A stretch of 64,000 nt of DNA, from assembly GCF_902713615.1 (NCBI RefSeq), contig NC_052151.1, positions 220,498,863 to 220,562,862 of the forward strand, given 5' to 3'. The DNA is from Scyliorhinus canicula. Taxonomy: Eukaryota. A program made the position numbers and the translations under genes. The notes under the pieces are model-generated. The model was given only the letters and a program-made list of their open reading frames with translations. It searched no databases and was not told the origin of the DNA. Positions 51,490 through 63,199 of this stretch are shown here, piece by piece. The stretch's first letter is position 1. Each line of letters opens with the position of its first letter.

Positions 51490-52330
51490 TCACCGAAAAG
51501 TATATTTTTCAACAAAACACATTGTTCAGTGGATGCATGTCTCCCGCCATTGCTACATTCAGTTCCATCGAGCCCAGTTCTTTTGGTGCACCATTGAAGA
51601 TGATTGCCCCCGATTGAAGTATCCTTACTCGAGATTGCCTGTTGTCGTTTTTAATCACGATGCAAACATTACCTTTTCTTCCAAAATGTTCCGCCACTAA
51701 CATTGATCTGCTTGGTCCACCTAAGTTCCAAGCACCAGGTACACACTGTCTTGATAGAATGTATCTGACCATTGTCCAGAGCGCAATCTGGAAACTGTTA
51801 CACATTTCATCCCCTTTTACACCCACTATCCCAATCAATATTTGGGAAAGGATTTCCATTATAACTACTCTGCGATGGTTTCATCTCTTTGTAAGCTCCC
51901 TGCATATTTGATCTTGCATGCTCCTTTCTAGTTGGTGCTATCTGGACTACACTGAACAATGTGAGTGCATACTTTCTCTTCTTTTACCCAAAGTGACTCA
52001 CTACTTCAGTTATCCTTCTTCAGCAATTCAATGCTTTCCTTTACCAATGTCAGTACTGTCCTTCCTATCTCCACCGTTTAAAAACAGCTTGTGCATAGGA
52101 ATATTTACCACCCGTTCTTGCCTTCCTTGAACCAGATTTCTGTTATTGCCTCAATTCTGTATTTGCATATTGCAATCTGTGCCAACAAACACCCGACCTT
52201 ATTTTATGTTCTCCGTGCATCTGCATACGTGATGCAGACGTCATTTCATTCTCGCTTACTGCGCCTTCACTCATTATTTTGTACTATGGTGCTCTCTGGC
52301 AATCATTGTGTTCTGTGCATCTTAAAATCC
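51490..52330 (-). mobile_element. Decayed CR1 endonuclease fragment
   Basis: Minus frames contain FPNIDWDS, YLVLGT, VAEHFG. Confidence 0.65.
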
Positions 52331-52559
52331 CTCTCAGATACCTGTTCCCCAACCAACTGCCAAGTTCGTATATTGTTGAGGGTCAGGAATAAACCAAATT
52401 CCGGTCCATCGAATGTAATACAAACAATCCACCATTGAGACAACATTCTGGTGTCACTTCGACGATCAGAGAAACGCCTTTCTAATTTAATCAGTTGAAT
52501 TCCCTCCCGACGCTGACCTCAGGGAAATACGTTCAGAAATACAATAGATGCTCTACAGG

Positions 52560-52790
52560 GCAGACGGAGGACCTTCCGACCATCGAATAAGGTCCGACTC
52601 TGTGAAAGAGCAGCGCACCTAACCTTTAAGCAATATGTGGCAAATTAGCATGGCCAATCCACCTAATCCGCACATTCTCGGACTGTGGAACGAAACCGTA
52701 GCACCCAGGGGAAACCAAGCAGGCAGGGTGAGAATGCGCAAACTCCACACAGGCAGTCACCAGAGGTCGGAATCAAACAGTCCCATGACA
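52560..52790 (-). mobile_element. SINE fragment
   Basis: ggcaaattagcatggccaatccacctaatccgcacatt. Confidence 0.7.
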
Positions 52791-53339
52791 CCTTATGGGG
52801 TGGGGATGGGGAGGGGGGGGGGAGTGGAGGGGGTGCTCAATCGTGGTACATTCGAATCGCCGTTCTTCGGAGCAATCCCTGGATTTCTGGATTGTCAGGC
52901 GAGTGATAATGCCGAGTAAAGCTAAGTTAAATATACACCAGCCAATCGCTTATCTGTTTTACGACAATGACACTGTCTAATTCATTTCAGAAGGCGGAAG
53001 GTCCCCCCTGAACGCAAGGAGTGTAGTCATTTGGATAGAGTGATCTTGTTTACTGCTTCTCGGTCCTCTTATCGCCTGCAGATTTCGGTGATTCTTCCCG
53101 CTTCATGCGTTGTATTTCCGCCGCTCTCGGCGGGAGACTGAATCTGAACAATTAAGTTTCGGTGGGGAGGCTAGTGCTGTCAAGAGGACAGGGATGATTT
53201 TCGCTAACAGAATTAGAGGAATGTTAGGTCGATCATTTCGAGAATGAAATTCGACTTGAGAGTCAGCGACTGAAGTGTCTGTTGTACTTTAGACAGAGCA
53301 CGAGATGCGGAATTTCAATCACTGTGGAATAGAAGCGCT

Positions 53340-53430
53340 GTCAATCAGAAAGGGCGTGGCGTGACTGTGAACAAAAAAGAAGGCGGAGCTTCCGGCCGCA
53401 AAGGCTGGAGCTCGGCTTTGCATATTCATT
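53340..53430 (+). promoter_or_regulatory. CpG-rich promoter of the V at 53576: GGGCGTGGC box, ETS core, octamer-like CTTTGCATATTCAT (53416-53429)
   Basis: Motif cluster 150-230 nt upstream of a leader ATG. Confidence 0.5.
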
Positions 53431-53575
53431 TTGTCTTTGTTATGTCAATAGCAACGGTTGTTCCTCCCCACAGCCCTCCCCAGTTACCCACGACTTTACC
53501 TCAAACTTGCTATCCTCTGTCTCCCACCGCCTTTCGATAGAAAACTCAATGTTCTCGGACACGCAGTGCTGGAGA

Positions 53576-55328
53576 ATGCCGTACTGGTTCGTGATCAGCA
53601 CATTGTTCTTGTTCCTAGCGCCCGGTAAGTAATGTTGGAGGCCGGGGATACGTTCCGATTCGAAGCACGAATACATCATCGATGCGGCATACAGCGTGTT
53701 CCACAAATAGAGACAAAAAGGATGAAATAAAAGAAGGAGCGTAAATAAAGGGGCGGAAGGATTGGACACAGTTCGTTGCTATTCATTTTTCCCTCGGGCA
53801 GCGCACTCACGAATGCGGGACTCCCTGCACCATCCGATGTTACGGTGGTGACGGGAAGGGTGGGGAGGGGGGACGGAATTATTCCCATTCACAAGGAGCA
53901 AGAAGGCAGCTTGTTGCTGCGACCTATCGGCGCGTTTCGGAGGAACAGGCGGCTCTCCGATTCCGTACCGCGCATTTCTTAGCGGCGCACGGAAGGATGG
54001 CGGTTGTATGCTGTCTGCCTGCCTCTTGTCAATGTGAATACCAATACGAGGTAATTACCAATAAGAGTAGATAAGGATAAGGATAAGGAAAGATAGGAGG
54101 ACACGGATTTGTTAGCCAAATCTGTCCATGTGTCGTTTGGCCAAGAAAAACAACCGTTTGATTTGAATGGCTGTGCGCCGCACGGTCGTCCTCGCAGATT
54201 TGAGCCCACGAGTGCAACGGAAAACCGTTGTTTCAAGGCCATCGACACGAAAAACATCTGGCTTAATCTAACCTTAGCTATCTGGATTGAATGTATAGTT
54301 TTGGCTAGAATAATTTTACTGGAACCAGAATAACCCGCGCGAGAGCAGGCGAATTTGATTTTGAGCAAATATGGGAACTGAGGCCTTTCAGCCACTCGAA
54401 CATGTTCAATCAGGGAATGGCTGCTCTGTGTACTGCTTGCATTCAATTCAATTCTCCTTATTTATCAATTTTACTTTTGCATTTATTCCCATGCTGAGTA
54501 TTTTGGAATTCCTCTCGTGCCCAATAATGGCGTGACCCTCCTGACATAGAGCACAAAATAATAGTAATCTTTAATTTCACAAGTAGGCTTACATTAACAC
54601 TGCAATTAAGTTTTTGCGAAAAGCCTCTAGTTACCCAATTCCAGCGCCTAATCGGGTACACTGAGGGAGAATTCATTCTGTCCAAACTACAGCACGTCTT
54701 TTGGGTTTCGTGGGAGGAAAGCGGAGCACCCGGAGGAAACCCACGCAGACACGGGGAGAACGTGCAGACTCCTCACAGTCAGTGACCCAAGCCGGGAATC
54801 GAACCTGGGACGCTGGCGCTGTGAAGTCATAGTACTAACCATTATGCTACCGTGCTGCCCTACATGACGTGCTGAGGCAAATTATGTCTCTGAGTCTATC
54901 AAATAAACACTTATAATTGCCTATCTCCGAAAGCAATGGATTCTCACATTGAGTTCAAGAGCGCGCGAAAAGGTGGAACTGTTTGTTCTCGTTCTGTTTC
55001 TAACTGCTTGTTCTCGTTCTGTTTCGAGGGTTTATTGAGTCTCAGAAGATCGTACAGACCCTGAAGCATGTATCCGTGAAAGAGGGAGAGTCTGTGTCTA
55101 TCCCGTGTACCCAACTTGGTTCTGATAGTTACATGTACTGGTACCGACAGCCGTCAGATATGGGACTCCAGGATCTCTTGTATGCAGTAGAAGGAGGTGA
55201 CCCTATCATGTCAGACGGGATCACGAAGCGGTTTACAGCCAAGAAAAGGGCAGACGGCGCCTTCGATCTGAAGATCGGGACTGTGCAGCTCAACGATACA
55301 GCTCGGTATTTCTGCGCCTCCAGTGTTG
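53576..55328 (+). CDS. TRBV: TCR beta V segment, apparently functional
   Basis: Leader 53576-53624 (MPYWFVISTLFLFLAP, donor g|gtaagt), 1.4 kb phase-1 intron, branch ctaac 55000-55004, GAG acceptor ending 55028; V exon 55029-55328: FIESQKIVQT..SIPCTQLGSDSYMYWYRQ..KRFTAKK..NDTARYFCASSV. Confidence 0.88.
54530..54860 (-). mobile_element. SINE within the leader intron
   Basis: ...gggaatcgaacctgggacgctggcgctgtgaagtcatagtactaaccattatgctaccgtgctgccc. Confidence 0.85.
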
Positions 55329-55367
55329 CACAGAGATACAGTTGGGCTGAACCGTGCTACAAAAACC
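55329..55367 (+). other. 23-RSS
   Basis: CACAGAG + 23 nt + ACAAAAACC. Confidence 0.95.
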
Positions 55368-55725
55368 CGCTCCTGGTCAAACACTAACGGGTCCTATTTG
55401 TCCAAAGGTAGATAGACAGATTGTCAGATGGGGACTTTAGAGAGATAGGTAGGCAGAAGTTTAAGTAGAGAACGCGGGACGTAAAGAAAGATAAACATAT
55501 GGTTTGATTATTTGGCACATCAACAGATGCGTCGATGTCTCTCCCCTCTTTCTCGCCGTGGAATCGTTTTCCATCCGAGACGAGGCGGTCACTCTCTTTG
55601 CAATCTCCCTCCAACTACCCCGCTCCCCGCGCTCGCTATATCATTCTTTCTCCAGTCTCGTCCACTTAATCCTTTACCCTTTTCCCCACCGTTCCCATCT
55701 TCCTCCCTCATGCAAGAATTCTCCA

Positions 55726-56170
55726 ATGCTCCCAGCTCCCCGCTCTTTCGCTCCTTGCCTCACCTGTTCACGACCTCAGTAAGTCACGTACTTCATTATT
55801 TTGCTTCCGTAACCCTCTGTGAAATACAAGGAGAGATTGTCAGTTAACTACATTGTCCTTTTTTTTTAGCAGGTACGCTAACTGTAACAGTTATGCAAAG
55901 GAACAGGTTTCTATCCGGCAACGTTGCGGGAATGGTGACAATAGGATGTTTTGTCCCAAGAGATCATCCGAGAACATATTGGTATCGACAGAATAATAAC
56001 AGGCTCTTCGAGCTCCTCATCCATGCCTATCGGACAGGTGTTCCAGACATCACCGAGGGGTTCGAAGGGCGTGTGTCAGCATCCAGGGGGAAGGACGACT
56101 CCTACCACCTTACATTGTCCCAACTGCAACGCAATGACTCTGCAATGTATTACTGCGCTAGCGATCATAC
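55726..56170 (+). CDS. TRBV: TCR beta V segment with intact V exon but out-of-phase own leader
   Basis: V exon 55873-56170 (TLTVTVMQRNRF..TIGCFVPRDHPRTYWYRQ..GFEGRVSASR..NDSAMYYCASDH), strong phase-1 acceptor; candidate leader 55726-55778 ends in phase 2 at donor gtaagt 55779. Confidence 0.78.
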
Positions 56171-56209
56171 CACAGCATCAGAACTGCATGGTGACTCGCA
56201 GCATAAACC
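56171..56209 (+). other. 23-RSS
   Basis: CACAGCA + 23 nt + GCATAAACC. Confidence 0.9.
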
Positions 56210-56599
56210 TACCACTTCGCATGATTGACAGGAGCAGGGTAATAAACCGCAATATCAAATCACAAAACCTATCGACTGTTTCTCGGTGATCGATATTTAG
56301 AGCAGATGGAATAGGTGCAGATGTTCGCCATTCCGCCCTGCGAGACAAGTCCAGCAGGCAATAAGATTATGGCTAATTTGTTTGTGTTCCTGTTTGCACA
56401 TTCCCAATAACCGTGTAGCGAATGATTCTCCAATTTTTTGTTTAGACAGGGATCATGATCGGCGCAGGGTTGCTGGGCCGACGGGCCTGAAGCGGTGCAG
56501 AACTTTTATTTGTTCTTAGATGGACGTACAGTGGGATGAGGCCTGTGGGATGACATAGAAGGAATGGGAAGATGGATGAATGGATTAGCGAACGGACAA

Positions 56600-56641
56600 A
56601 CTGATGGACGGTCGGACGGATGGACGGATGGATGGATGGAT
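56600..56641. repeat. (GGAC/GGAT)n microsatellite
   Basis: gatggacggtcggacggatggacggatggatggatgga. Confidence 0.7.
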
Positions 56642-57239
56642 GTTAACTGAATACGATAGGTTATCACCGGAAATAAGCAAAACTCTCCAATCGACCAGTG
56701 AATTATTTAGTAGGTCAGAATGTCATCACAATTTAAATACAGCAATATGGTCAAGATGGAAACTATTGCTGTTTAGAATCTATGGGTTGTGTTTTGGGAA
56801 CGTTTAGCCCTGAGGTTAGGAAAGTAGAGGGATTTGGACCTGTTACAATTTAGATTTATCATGGCTTTTTAATAAATACATTTAGAGCTCCCAATATTTT
56901 TTTCCAATTAAGGGGTAATATAGCGTGACGAATCCACCTACGCTGTACATCCTTAGGGTTGTGGAGGTGAAACCCACACAGACTCGGCGAGAACGTGCGA
57001 ACTCCACAGATTTGTCCACAGGGACAGATTTATCGTGACTAACCATTCATGTTGTGGCGTGTATGATTTTCTTGTATTATTCCTTGGTTTACGATCCATA
57101 TTAGCATAGATTATTATTATAAAAAGAGTGGAACATTTTTCACTGGTCTTCACTTCATTCCACACCTTATACAAAATTACAAAAACAAATACACATATCA
57201 ACAGACATTCCACCGACAACCGAAGCATAAAAAGTGGCA

Positions 57240-59190
57240 AAGATTGGTGGGAGACTAGAGGACTGGGAAATCTTTTAGGGGCAACATAAAGCTACTAAAA
57301 AAGCTATAAAGAAGAGTAAGATAGATTTTGAGAGCAAACTTGCTCAGAATATCAAAACAGATAGTAATAGTTTCTACAAATATATGAATCAACAAAGAGT
57401 GGCTAAGGTAAATATTAGTCCTTTGGAGGATGAGAAGTGAGTTTTAATCAGATGGGAGATGAGGAAATGGCTGAGGAACTGAACAGGTGTTTTGGGTCGG
57501 TCTTCACAGTGGAAGACACAAATAACATGCCAGTGACTGATAGAAATGAGGCTATGACAGGTGAGGAGCTTGAGAGGATTGTTATCACTAAGGAGGTAGT
57601 GATGGGCAAGCTAATGGGGCTAAAGGTAGACAAGTCTCGTGGCACTGATGGAATGCGTCCCAGAGTGCTAAAAGAGATGGCTAGGGAAATTGCAAATGAA
57701 CTACTGATAATTTACCGAAATTCACGAGACCCTGGGCTGGTCCCGGTGGATTGGAAATTAGCAAACATGACACCACTGTTTAAAAAAGGAGGCCGGCAGA
57801 AAGCGGGTAATTATAGGCCAGTGAGCTTAACTTCGGTAGTAGGGAAGATGCTGGAATCTATCATCAAGGAAGAAATAGCGAGGCATCTGGGTAGAAATTG
57901 TCCCATTGGGCAGACGCAGCATGAGTTCATTAAGGGCAGGTCGTGCCAAACTAATTTAGTGTAATTTTTTGAGGACATTACCAGTAACGGGGAGCAAATG
58001 GATGTGGTATATCTGAATTTCCAAAAAGCTTTTAACAAGATGCCACACAAAAGGCTGCTGCATGAGATAAAGATGCATGGCATTAAGGGTAAAGTAGTGA
58101 CATGGATAGAGGATTGGTTAATTAATACAAAGAAAAGAGTGGGGATTAATGGGTGTTTCTCTGGTTGGCAATTAGTAGCTAGTGGTGTCCCTCAGGGATC
58201 AGTGTTGCCCCCACAATTGTTCACAATTTACATAGATGATATGGAGTTGGGGACCAAGGGCAATGTGTCCAAGTTTGCAGATGACACTAAGATGAGTGGT
58301 AAAGCCAAAAGTGCAGGAGGATACTGGAAGTCTGCAGAGGGATTTGGATAAGGTCTGACAGATGGAATACAATGTTGACAAATGTGAGTTTATCCATTTT
58401 GGTAGGGATAACAACAAACGGGAATATTATTTAAATGATAAAATATTAAAGCATGCCGCTGTGCAGAGAGAGACTTGGGTGTGCTAGTGCATGAGTCACA
58501 GAAGGTTGGTTTACAAGTGCAAAAGGTGATTAAGAAGGCGAATGGAATTTAGTCCTTTATTGCTAGAAGGATGGAGTTTAATACTAGGGAGGTTATGCTG
58601 CAATTCTATAAGGTATTAGTGAGGCCACACTTGGAGTATTGTGTTCAGTTTTGGTCTCGTTACTTAAGAAAGGACGTACTGGCACTGGAGGGTGTGCAGA
58701 GGAGATTCACTAGGTTAGTCCCCGAGCTGAAGGGGTTGGATTACGAGGCGAGGTTGAGTAGACTGGGACTGTACTCGTTCGAATTTAGAAGGATGAGGGG
58801 GTGATCTTATAGAAATATATACAATTATGAAGGGAATAGATAGGATAGATGCAGGCAGGTTGTTTCTACTGGCGGGTGAAAGCAGAACTAGGAGGCATAG
58901 CCTCAAAATAAGGGGTAGTAGATTTAGGACTGAGTTTAGGAGGAACGTCTTCTCCCAAAAGGTTGGGAATCTATGGAATGCCTTGCCCAGTGAAGCAGTA
59001 GAGGCTCCTCATTAAATGGTTTTAAGATAAAGGTAGATAGTTGTTTTGAAGAATAAAGGGATTAACGGTTGTGGTGTTCAGGCCGGAAACTGGAGCTGAG
59101 TCCACAAAAGATCATCCATGATCTCATTGAATGGTGGCTCAGGCTCGAGATGGCAGATGGCCTACTCCTGCTCCTTGTTCTTATGTTTCT
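57240..59190 (+). mobile_element. 5'-truncated CR1 LINE ORF2 (RT) with 3'UTR, decayed
   Basis: GNYRPVSLTSVVGKMLESII, SGVPQGSVL, KFADDTK, VRPHLEYCVQFWS; ends gttcttatgtttcttatg. Confidence 0.93.
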
Positions 59191-59297
59191 TATGTTTCCA
59201 CACTTCCATTTTGGTATTTTGAGCACCTTAGCATTTAACATCAGGTGGGTTCTTAACTATAGTATCGGAAGGGTTTAATCATCAGTCTTTAAATCTA

Positions 59298-59760
59298 NNN
59301 NNNNNNNNNNNNNNNNNNNNNNNNNNNNNNNNNNNNNNNNNNNNNNNNNNNNNNNNNNNNNNNNNNNNNNNNNNNNNNNNNNNNNNNNNNNNNNNNNNNN
59401 NNNNNNNNNNNNNNNNNNNNNNNNNNNNNNNNNNNNNNNNNNNNNNNNNNNNNNNNNNNNNNNNNNNNNNNNNNNNNNNNNNNNNNNNNNNNNNNNNNNN
59501 NNNNNNNNNNNNNNNNNNNNNNNNNNNNNNNNNNNNNNNNNNNNNNNNNNNNNNNNNNNNNNNNNNNNNNNNNNNNNNNNNNNNNNNNNNNNNNNNNNNN
59601 NNNNNNNNNNNNNNNNNNNNNNNNNNNNNNNNNNNNNNNNNNNNNNNNNNNNNNNNNNNNNNNNNNNNNNNNNNNNNNNNNNNNNNNNNNNNNNNNNNNN
59701 NNNNNNNNNNNNNNNNNNNNNNNNNNNNNNNNNNNNNNNNNNNNNNNNNNNNNNNNNNNN
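59298..59760. other. Assembly gap (463 N)
   Basis: Run of n. Confidence 1.
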
Positions 59761-61534
59761 TCAGTGCAATCTATTTTCAAAAATGATGGAACAATTTTTT
59801 CACATCAATCATGCAAAAGAATCCTTCCTTCATTCAACATCTAGCAAAGTGGTATCGTTGCTCTTTAGGCGCTGGGGACCCAGATTCGTTTTGTACCACG
59901 CGTGACTGTCTACGTTGATTTGCACGTTGTCTACATGGATTTCCTGCCTTCATAGAGAATCATCCAGGCTCGAAACGTTAGCTCCCTTTTCTCTCCACAG
60001 ATGCTTTCATACCTGCTGATTTTGTCCAGTATTTTCTGTTTTTGTTTCATATTCCAGCATCCACGTTAATTTGCCTTTCGCTCGGTTTCTTCTCATGCTA
60101 AACTTCCCCTTTGTGCCTAAAGATTAGTTGTGGATAGGCAGTGGATTGGGCGTAGATAAGATACTCTTTCAAACAGTCGTTGAAGACTCGACTGGCCGAA
60201 TAGTCTCCTTCTGCACTGCAGGGTTTAAAAGATTCGTCGATTCTGAGCAAATGACCCGGTGTAATACATGTGTCGGCATCTGCGATGAAAAAATGGAGAC
60301 GAGAATTTGTAAATCGACACATAACACACTCGGTTACATCAGTTACTCGTTGTATGGTCGTTGTTGCAATATTTGTTCCTTTTATCCAATTACATAATGC
60401 CGGCTTCCTCTGCTTACCGATTTACTGAACTCCAAGTATTTTCGCAGCAACTATTCTCACTTTACTTTAAAGGATGAACATCCTCTATTTTACTCGCCTT
60501 CCGATCTTTAAGAATAACAAGACCAGCTTTTCCGTTCCCTCATTCTTCCCAATCGTCCTCGAATGTTCTCAGTGGAAGGCAGCGAAAAACACAAGCGTAA
60601 AGAATATAATTAATGGCACAGGAATTAAATGGCTTTGCAAATATTCGCACTTTGAATAGTCCACATGGCTTTCTAGATACCATCAAGTTGGGACACCTGT
60701 CTCTTGAGAGCGGTTTCAGAAAAGTTGCAAACCGTTTACCGCTTATCCAAATTCCATTTTGATGTGTTTTAACAGCAAACTGAAAATAGTGAAACTTTTA
60801 ATTTTTCAAGTATTCTTCAGAACGGAAATGAGACCGCTTATCAGTTACCGTAGGAGCCTAGCTAGCAAAGTCTGAAATTGCGATGCAGAGACTTGAGATC
60901 ATAATCCTACCAGCTGCAACAATATAGCTGTTCAATGAATTAAATTAGCAACCAAAGTTGAATATCAGTTCGCATTGCCATGAATCTGTCCAATTGTCCA
61001 AAAAGAAACTATATTTGTTAGCGGGGTTGGGGGTCGGGAGAGTGGGGTTGGCGGACCGGGTAAAAAAGAGGAATTCTGGCATGTTTACTTCAATGCGATT
61101 TGCTATTAAGCTACCACTGAATTTGGCAGTCGAGTTCTTCGGGTACAATCAATCAGACGTTTTAGCACCATCTTGTCAAGGACAATTCGTTATGGGAGCC
61201 CATCCAGGAATGCAATGAATGCATTATTTACCTCCATCTGAGAGCAAGCTTGGTTTAACACTGTCAGTATAATATGACATAACTGCTAGTGCAGTGCAGA
61301 TGTTTTATTGTCCCTCAGACAGACCATGACTCAGTCCACAAACCGTGTGTAAATATTCATTAATATTCATTAGAAGGGGAACTCGTTAGAACAGAAAGTA
61401 GCACTGTATGAAAACATGGGAACAGTGAATCAAAATGTTTCATGCTTTATGCCCATGGGTTTTCAGTCTGCTCATTGCGAAAGTTATCCAATTCTTCTCA
61501 AGAAGCATCCTCCCGGTACTTCTTTTCATTCACA

Positions 61535-62050
61535 GAATTTACAGTGCAGAAGGTGGCCATTCGGCCCATAGAGGCTGTACTGGCTCTTGGAAAGAGCACC
61601 ATAACAAAGCGCATACCTCCACCATATCCCAGTAACTCCACCCAACACTAAGGGCAATTTTGGACACGAAGGGCAATTTAGCATGGCCAATCCACCTAAC
61701 CTGCACGTCTTTGGACTGTGGGAGGAAATCAGAGCACCCGGAAGAAACACCACGCACACACGGGGAGAACGTGCAGACGCCGCACAGACAGTGACCGAAG
61801 CCGGGAATCGCATCTGGGACCTTGGCGCTGTGAAGCAATTGTGCTAACCATTATGCTACCATGCTGCCCCTAGAAAGAGCGAGGGTATTGTCTCACCCTG
61901 TTGATAATAATGATCACTTATTGCCACATGAAGTTACTGCCCTTGTCGCCACATTCCAGTGCCGGTTCTGGGAAGCAGGTACGGGAATTGAAGTGCATTG
62001 TTCTGCATTACAAGCCAGCTTCTTAGCGCACTGTGTTAAACCAGCCCTGT
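61535..62050 (-). mobile_element. Two tandem minus-strand SINEs (~61535-61870 and ~61900-62050)
   Basis: Match to the two SINE families in the window. Confidence 0.8.
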
Positions 62051-63199
62051 ACATCATTTCCAGATTGCTGCCCACACAAAGTTACTTGTTTCGTTCTTGG
62101 TATTGAAGTAACTGAACAGGTCATCTGTGATCTACCGATATGTGGGCACGTGAGGATAGACATCCCACAACCTTATAAGGTCCACGTGAAATATTATCTT
62201 CTAATTTCCTACTCTCTCCCATCGCGCTTTGCAACATAATTCTACTTTAGGGCTCAAGACGTGATGCAGATTGATGGGAAAATGCAACCCTCCAAGAGGC
62301 GATTCAGTCGGCCGGTCTCGTGTTTTCTTTGTCTGGAATGCAGAACTTTAGGTAGTTACGAAAATATGAGCTGCCATGGAAGATGTTTCTCAACTGTCCC
62401 GACATTTTTTGGGGGTCTTGCCGGAATGCTTGCGATCTGAATTCAAAAGGACATTCGCGATTGATCAATCTTCCTCCTGCCGAATCTGGGAATGCATTGG
62501 AATCAAATTGCTTGGAATCACGTTAGTGCAGATCCAAATGCACAAACCATGTCTCACTGGGTTACAAAGAAGCTGGTTATAAAAGCTGTTATATAAAATA
62601 GGACTTCCATTGACTTGGAGAGGTATTTATTTTCATATGTAGCTTTTAATGAGGATGATCATGTGCGTCTGAATTCAATGGTGTATCTCCTATCCAATGG
62701 TGACCATCGAAGAGACTTGTCTGCCAGATTATTTTGAGTGGTCGACATATTCGGGAGTCTCTCGATGAACATATATGTGAGGTGGAAAAAAACAAAGAAT
62801 GCTCGAACAATCATCAGGTTTAGCAACATATGCAATGAGAGAAAACGGTGTGAACGTTCGAGTCCACCGGAATCTTCAGAAATAAAAGAGAGAAAAATAG
62901 TGGTGGAAAGCCTACTGTCCGGGAAGGATGGAACAGCTAGAACAGATTCGTGGGAACTGTGAGCGACTGAAAGAAAGATTAGCAAAGCTTAGACAATAAT
63001 GCATGAACTATGAAAGGGAGGGGGATAAAGATGTAGGAGAAAAGTCAAAGTCTAACTTGTTGTTGTCGATGTTGTTTCCTGAAGATGCGGAGCTGCTGTT
63101 TCACTTAGCGTCTGGTTTTACCTGAGAATTACAGAACGCCAAGGACGAGCAGGTGGGGATCAACTGCAGGTCTTAAGTTTATATGGCAAACAATAGGAA

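Noticed and set aside
53288-53326. Minus-orientation heptamer CACTGTG at 53320
   Set aside because: No nonamer at 12 or 23 nt; no inverted V or J adjacent
55501-55545. ggtttgattatttgg, resembling a reversed nonamer or an FDYW J start
   Set aside because: No heptamer at 12 or 23 nt and no FGxG/WGxG motif in any frame
55029-56170. NAR-TCR-like double-V chain (V1 spliced to V2)
   Set aside because: No D or J segment or J-type donor between the two V exons; V1 read-through stops at 55385-55387 before the next credible donor (~55408)
59295-59780. 161-aa ORF in the track
   Set aside because: Artefact of the N gap
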